Shown here: piece after piece, positions 23,601 to 25,434 of the stretch
Numbering within the stretch: the stretch's first letter is position 1
How the letters are laid out: the number at the start of each line of letters is the position of its first letter
Assembly (NCBI GenBank): GCA_026025075.1
Contig: JAPEUI010000075.1
Location: 62,001 to 87,434 of the forward strand
DNA length: 25,434 bases
Source of the DNA: Vezdaea acicularis
Taxonomy: Eukaryota
Reading direction: 5' to 3'
The notes under the pieces: model-generated
Seen by the model: the letters and a program-made list of their open reading frames with translations, nothing else
What the model was told of the DNA's origin: nothing
The model's database searches: none
Made by a program: the position numbers and the translations under genes

Positions 23601-24348
23601 ATGGCCTTGAGGTTACTTGTGCCATCTCGAGCCTGCCGAATATCTAGTGTCCTCCCGAAGTATCGTTATTATAGCAAACAAACAAGTATGAGCAACGACG
23701 AATGGAAGGAACGAGCTCCATATCGGATTCACGAAGATAATCAGAAATTCAACGCTCGATATGAGGGGGGCTGTCATTGTGGACAGGTTCAATACCAATT
23801 GAGTAGAGAGAGACCTTTAGACGCTAAATACTGCCACTGTACCACTTGTCAGGTCATACATGGTACGTTTCTGTATGATTCACTAATAAGGTGGCTAGCT
23901 AACCAAATTCTAGGCGCGCCTTTCCAATGGGCAGCCATCTTTCACAAGGAGGACATTAATTTTACTAGAGGTCATCATGGCCTGGTCTGGTATGATACTG
24001 GTGAAAAGACTACGAGACACAAGTTGCCATGCAAAGTCAGCTGTGGGTACTGCCGAACACCTATCATGGATGAAGGAAGGAACATGATATTACTATTCCC
24101 TACATTGATCCATTTCAAGGGTGATGTGGACAAGCAGAATTTCGCACCAACGTAAGCCCGTCACTGAGTATCAACGATTCGTGAACTAATTCTAGTATCT
24201 CTGTAGTTGTCATATGTTTTATGGACAGCGAGTGGTAGACATTCCAGATGGAAAGCCAAAGTGGACCGGACTGAACAATGACAGCGAACTTATCGAGGAT
24301 AATGAACCAGACTTAAAGAAGCGCAAGCATGAACAGGAAACCGTATGA
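23601..24348 (+). CDS. GFA / CENP-V family (Mss4-like) zinc-binding protein, glutathione-dependent formaldehyde-activating enzyme-like; 3 exons, ~213 aa
   Basis: Exons: 23601-23862, 23914-24151, 24207-24348 (642 nt, in frame). Family motifs: YEGGCHCGQVQY, YCHCTTCQVIHGAPF, CGYCRTP and PTCHMFY. An alternative start is Met at 23688 (MSNDEW). Confidence 0.88.
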
Positions 24349-25310
24349 GAGTAGCTTCTCACTTCCGCAATTGACAATACGAAATTCTTCTGGACCTGGT
24401 ATCTTGAGATACAAGACCAATGTGCGGCTTCTGCTCTATGTGCTATAAATATGGCTTCTTTATTTTGGCCACTGACATAGAATCAATGAGCATTTATAAG
24501 GTCTGGAAACCTAAAGCTTGGGTCAGATGCCTATAGTTGCGCTTAAATTTGTGAGATCCTCGAAGTATGGCTTAAAAGCTTCGATGCTTGAAGATGTTGC
24601 GGGACCATGGTTAAGCTCACAATCCGCATCTCACCTAGCCATTGCCACTGTTTCTTTGCGTTTTCCGGTTGTTCTCATCTTCTCTTATTCTCAGCTATAG
24701 AATCCAAACCTAAAAGCCTATTTGAGTATCTTTCGACTGCTTTGGCCAACGTGAGAAGGAGCGTTATTATAAAGAAGTATATAGAAGACCTTTTGCCTAC
24801 AACCAGAGCTGTGACAAAGTATCGGTTGTCAGTATTCCTTTGGTGACATTGAGACGTACTTGAAGTTAGATGTATGGAGGTTGTCGCGAAAGTCCTGACG
24901 TGGGTGGTGAACGTGATTGTAGGCGGTGAGGCGGAGATGAGGACCAGGGTGTTGCTGCATGTATTTGCAGGTGTGAACTGTCTAATTGATGGGAATGATG
25001 AATGGAAGTGAGTAAGTGAACGAGATGGGCTCGGGTCGTCGCTTTCGCCATTACTGCGCCGCGTACTTTTACCTACTCGCTGTTTAGGGTCAGGGTCAGG
25101 GCGAGACGACAAGACTCCCTTATAAGACGCAAAATTCGACGAATATTTACGTAAGCAATAAGCGAAGGGAGGAGCTACTTGCTGGATAGAACTGGCAATA
25201 AGATCCAAAGTTGAGCCTAAACGCTTGAAAAAGTTCATTTGCGCGTAGTCCAGGCATTGGTGACTGCATCAGTGCCCACGTTGGCGTTAAATTCGCGGGC
25301 CGAAGCATCT

Positions 25311-25434
25311 TTAGGGTTAGGGTTAGGGTTAGGGTTAGGGTTAGGGTTAGGGTTAGGGTTAGGGTTAGGGTTAGGGTTAGGGTTAGGGTTAGGGTTAGGG
25401 TTAGGGTTAGGGTTAGGGTTAGGGTTAGGGTTAG
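25311..25434 (+). repeat. Telomeric repeat array (TTAGGG)n at the chromosome end
   Basis: Twenty perfect TTAGGG units plus a partial TTAG run to the end of the sequence. The G-rich strand runs 5'->3' toward the end, as expected for a right-hand telomere. Confidence 0.98.

Noticed and set aside
24675..25238. 187-aa minus-strand ORF starting 72 bp from the telomere
   Set aside because: Ser/Thr-rich with no helicase, reverse transcriptase or other recognisable motif, and almost no room for a promoter. Not called as a gene.

Overview
Eukaryotic (filamentous ascomycete-like) chromosome end. It has intron-rich genes with GT..AG introns and CTRAY-type branch sites, and ends in a (TTAGGG)n telomere at 25311-25434. 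I assembled gene models by hand; the six spliced models all close in frame. (1) Secreted copper radical oxidase (AA5_1, glyoxal-oxidase-like) with 4 WSC domains, - strand. (2) Divergently transcribed, membrane-anchored GH16 beta-1,3-glucanase-like protein. (3) Multi-pass, processive, cellulose-synthase-like GT2 with ELARW in place of QxxRW. (4) Small secreted Cys-rich orphan protein. (5) Alpha/beta hydrolase. (6) FluG-type amidohydrolase-glutamine synthetase fusion. (7) GFA/CENP-V (Mss4-like) Zn protein, whose stop is about 1 kb from the telomere. A 401-bp non-autonomous DNA transposon (54-bp TIRs, perfect 9-bp TSD; Mutator-like MITE) lies between genes 6 and 7. The most interesting signal is the contiguous oxidase + glucanase + GT2 synthase triad at 954-12966. 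It mirrors the Streptomyces cslA-glxA-cslZ system and may be a fungal polysaccharide synthesis and modification cluster.
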